Part shown: piece by piece, positions 59,616 through 60,591 of the stretch
Layout of the letters: each line of letters opens with the position of its first letter
How positions within the stretch are numbered: position 1 is the stretch's first letter
NCBI GenBank assembly: GCA_033764315.1
Contig: JANRJA010000097.1
Coordinates: forward strand, 1-60,591
Direction of reading: 5' to 3'
Origin: Oculatellaceae cyanobacterium bins.114
Lineage (GTDB): Bacteria > Cyanobacteriota > Cyanobacteriia > Elainellales > Elainellaceae
Length of the DNA stretch: 60,591 nucleotides
The notes under the pieces: model-generated
The model's database searches: none
What the model was told of the DNA's origin: nothing
What the model saw: the letters and a program-made list of their open reading frames with translations, nothing else
Position numbers and translations under genes: made by a program

Positions 59616-60591
59616 TTACAGGATGACATTTCGGGCAGTGAGAGTGCTGGCGGTTATACGCTCTAATGTTAAAAGCGGTCTGAACACCAACCCTCCAGTG
59701 CTGCCATTGGGATCAATGCTAACGACCGTGTTTGCCCCAACCTGACGGAATCGGACATAGTCAGACAACGTACCAGGGCGATCGCTTGATCCCACAATGA
59801 CCCGACTGAGATCGAGGGTATCGAGTAACACGTCAAAGCCTCGAATGCGATCGCCTCCCTCTCGAATCGAGTTATAGACAAAGCGATCGCTCCCGGCACC
59901 CCCAAACATCAGGTCAATTCCGGCTCCACCCATGAAGATGTCGTCTCCAGCACCTCCATAGAGGTGATCGTTACCCGCCCCTCCATTCAAACTATCACTA
60001 CCATTGGCACCGTAAAGGCGATCGTTGCCAGTGCCACCCACAATGGTGTCGTTGCCGTTGAACCCTAATAAAATATCGGCTCCCTTTCGGCCTGAGATCA
60101 CATCACATCCCTGGCTGCCACGCAACCGATTGGCTCGATTGTTACCCAATCGCCGCACCCCTGGAGTACAGGTATCAGCCGGTAATGTGGGATCAGCACC
60201 CGGTAGAGGGCCAGGAGTCGTGGTAGGAGTGCCTTCTGGAACCGGAGTTTGAGTCGGAATAACAGGCAAGGGCAATCGCCATAGTTTGACAGTGCCATCT
60301 TCGCTGGCTGTAGCAACATAACGACCATCGGGGGAGAAATCGATGTATTCAATGCCTTGAGTGTGCTCAGTGAACTGTGCCACCAGGGCAAAATCGGAAG
60401 TGCGATAGAGCCTCAAACCTCGATTAGCCCCTGCGGGGATTTCTTCAGAGCCACCGCCTCCGGTGGCCAGATACTTGCCATCGGGAGAGAATGCGACGGC
60501 TTCGAGCAAGCGATCTTCGTGAGGTAAGGTGGCTAACAGGGTACCATCACTAAACCGATAAACCTTGGCCATTTGTTCTGAGCCATTAGCC
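59616..60591 (-). CDS. Secreted modular protein D (5' end outside window): WD40 propeller + RTX Ca-binding repeats + type I secretion C-terminal domain
   Basis: WD40 blades paralogous to protein B; GGTGNDRLYG, GGAGNDHLYG, GGAGIDLMFG; DTLDLS..YVRFRQVGANTVVSIDPNGS. Confidence 0.88.
   Translation of the reverse strand, partial: ANGSEQMAKVYRFSDGTLLATLPHEDRLLEAVAFSPDGKYLATGGGGSEEIPAGANRGLRLYRTSDFALVAQFTEHTQGIEYIDFSPDGRYVATASEDGTVKLWRLPLPVIPTQTPVPEGTPTTTPGPLPGADPTLPADTCTPGVRRLGNNRANRLRGSQGCDVISGRKGADILLGFNGNDTIVGGTGNDRLYGANGSDSLNGGAGNDHLYGGAGDDIFMGGAGIDLMFGGAGSDRFVYNSIREGGDRIRGFDVLLDTLDLSRVIVGSSDRPGTLSDYVRFRQVGANTVVSIDPNGSTGGLVFRPLLTLERITASTLTARNVIL

Overview
Chromosomal window from a filamentous cyanobacterium: the HIP1 octamer GCGATCGC is frequent, and psbK, minCDE and a SepJ homologue are present. 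About the first 28 kb is mostly housekeeping: tig-clpP-clpX, minCDE, sepJ, a multi-PAS kinase, dapL, miaE and an S9 peptidase. Its intergenic spaces carry several families of REP/MITE-like palindromes, a Uma2 remnant and a candidate sRNA. Two accessory regions stand out. (1) 28.4-38.2 kb: a NarL regulator lacking its phospho-Asp, a stand-alone MshEN-motif protein, an XRE gene plus a degenerate-PIN fusion, a soluble CBS/MCP-like protein, and a 1610-aa GT2 glycosyltransferase-TPS/haemagglutinin-CHAT protease fusion. (2) 45.6-60.6 kb: four co-oriented genes for RTX-type secreted proteins. Three are built from near-identical, mosaic carbohydrate-binding-like and Calx-beta DNA cassettes. Payloads (DUF5060/GH-A-like hydrolase, WD40 propeller, SGNH esterase) are shared in different combinations across the four. 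No rRNA, tRNA, CRISPR array or intact transposase was seen. All calls come from reading motifs by eye; no database search was run.
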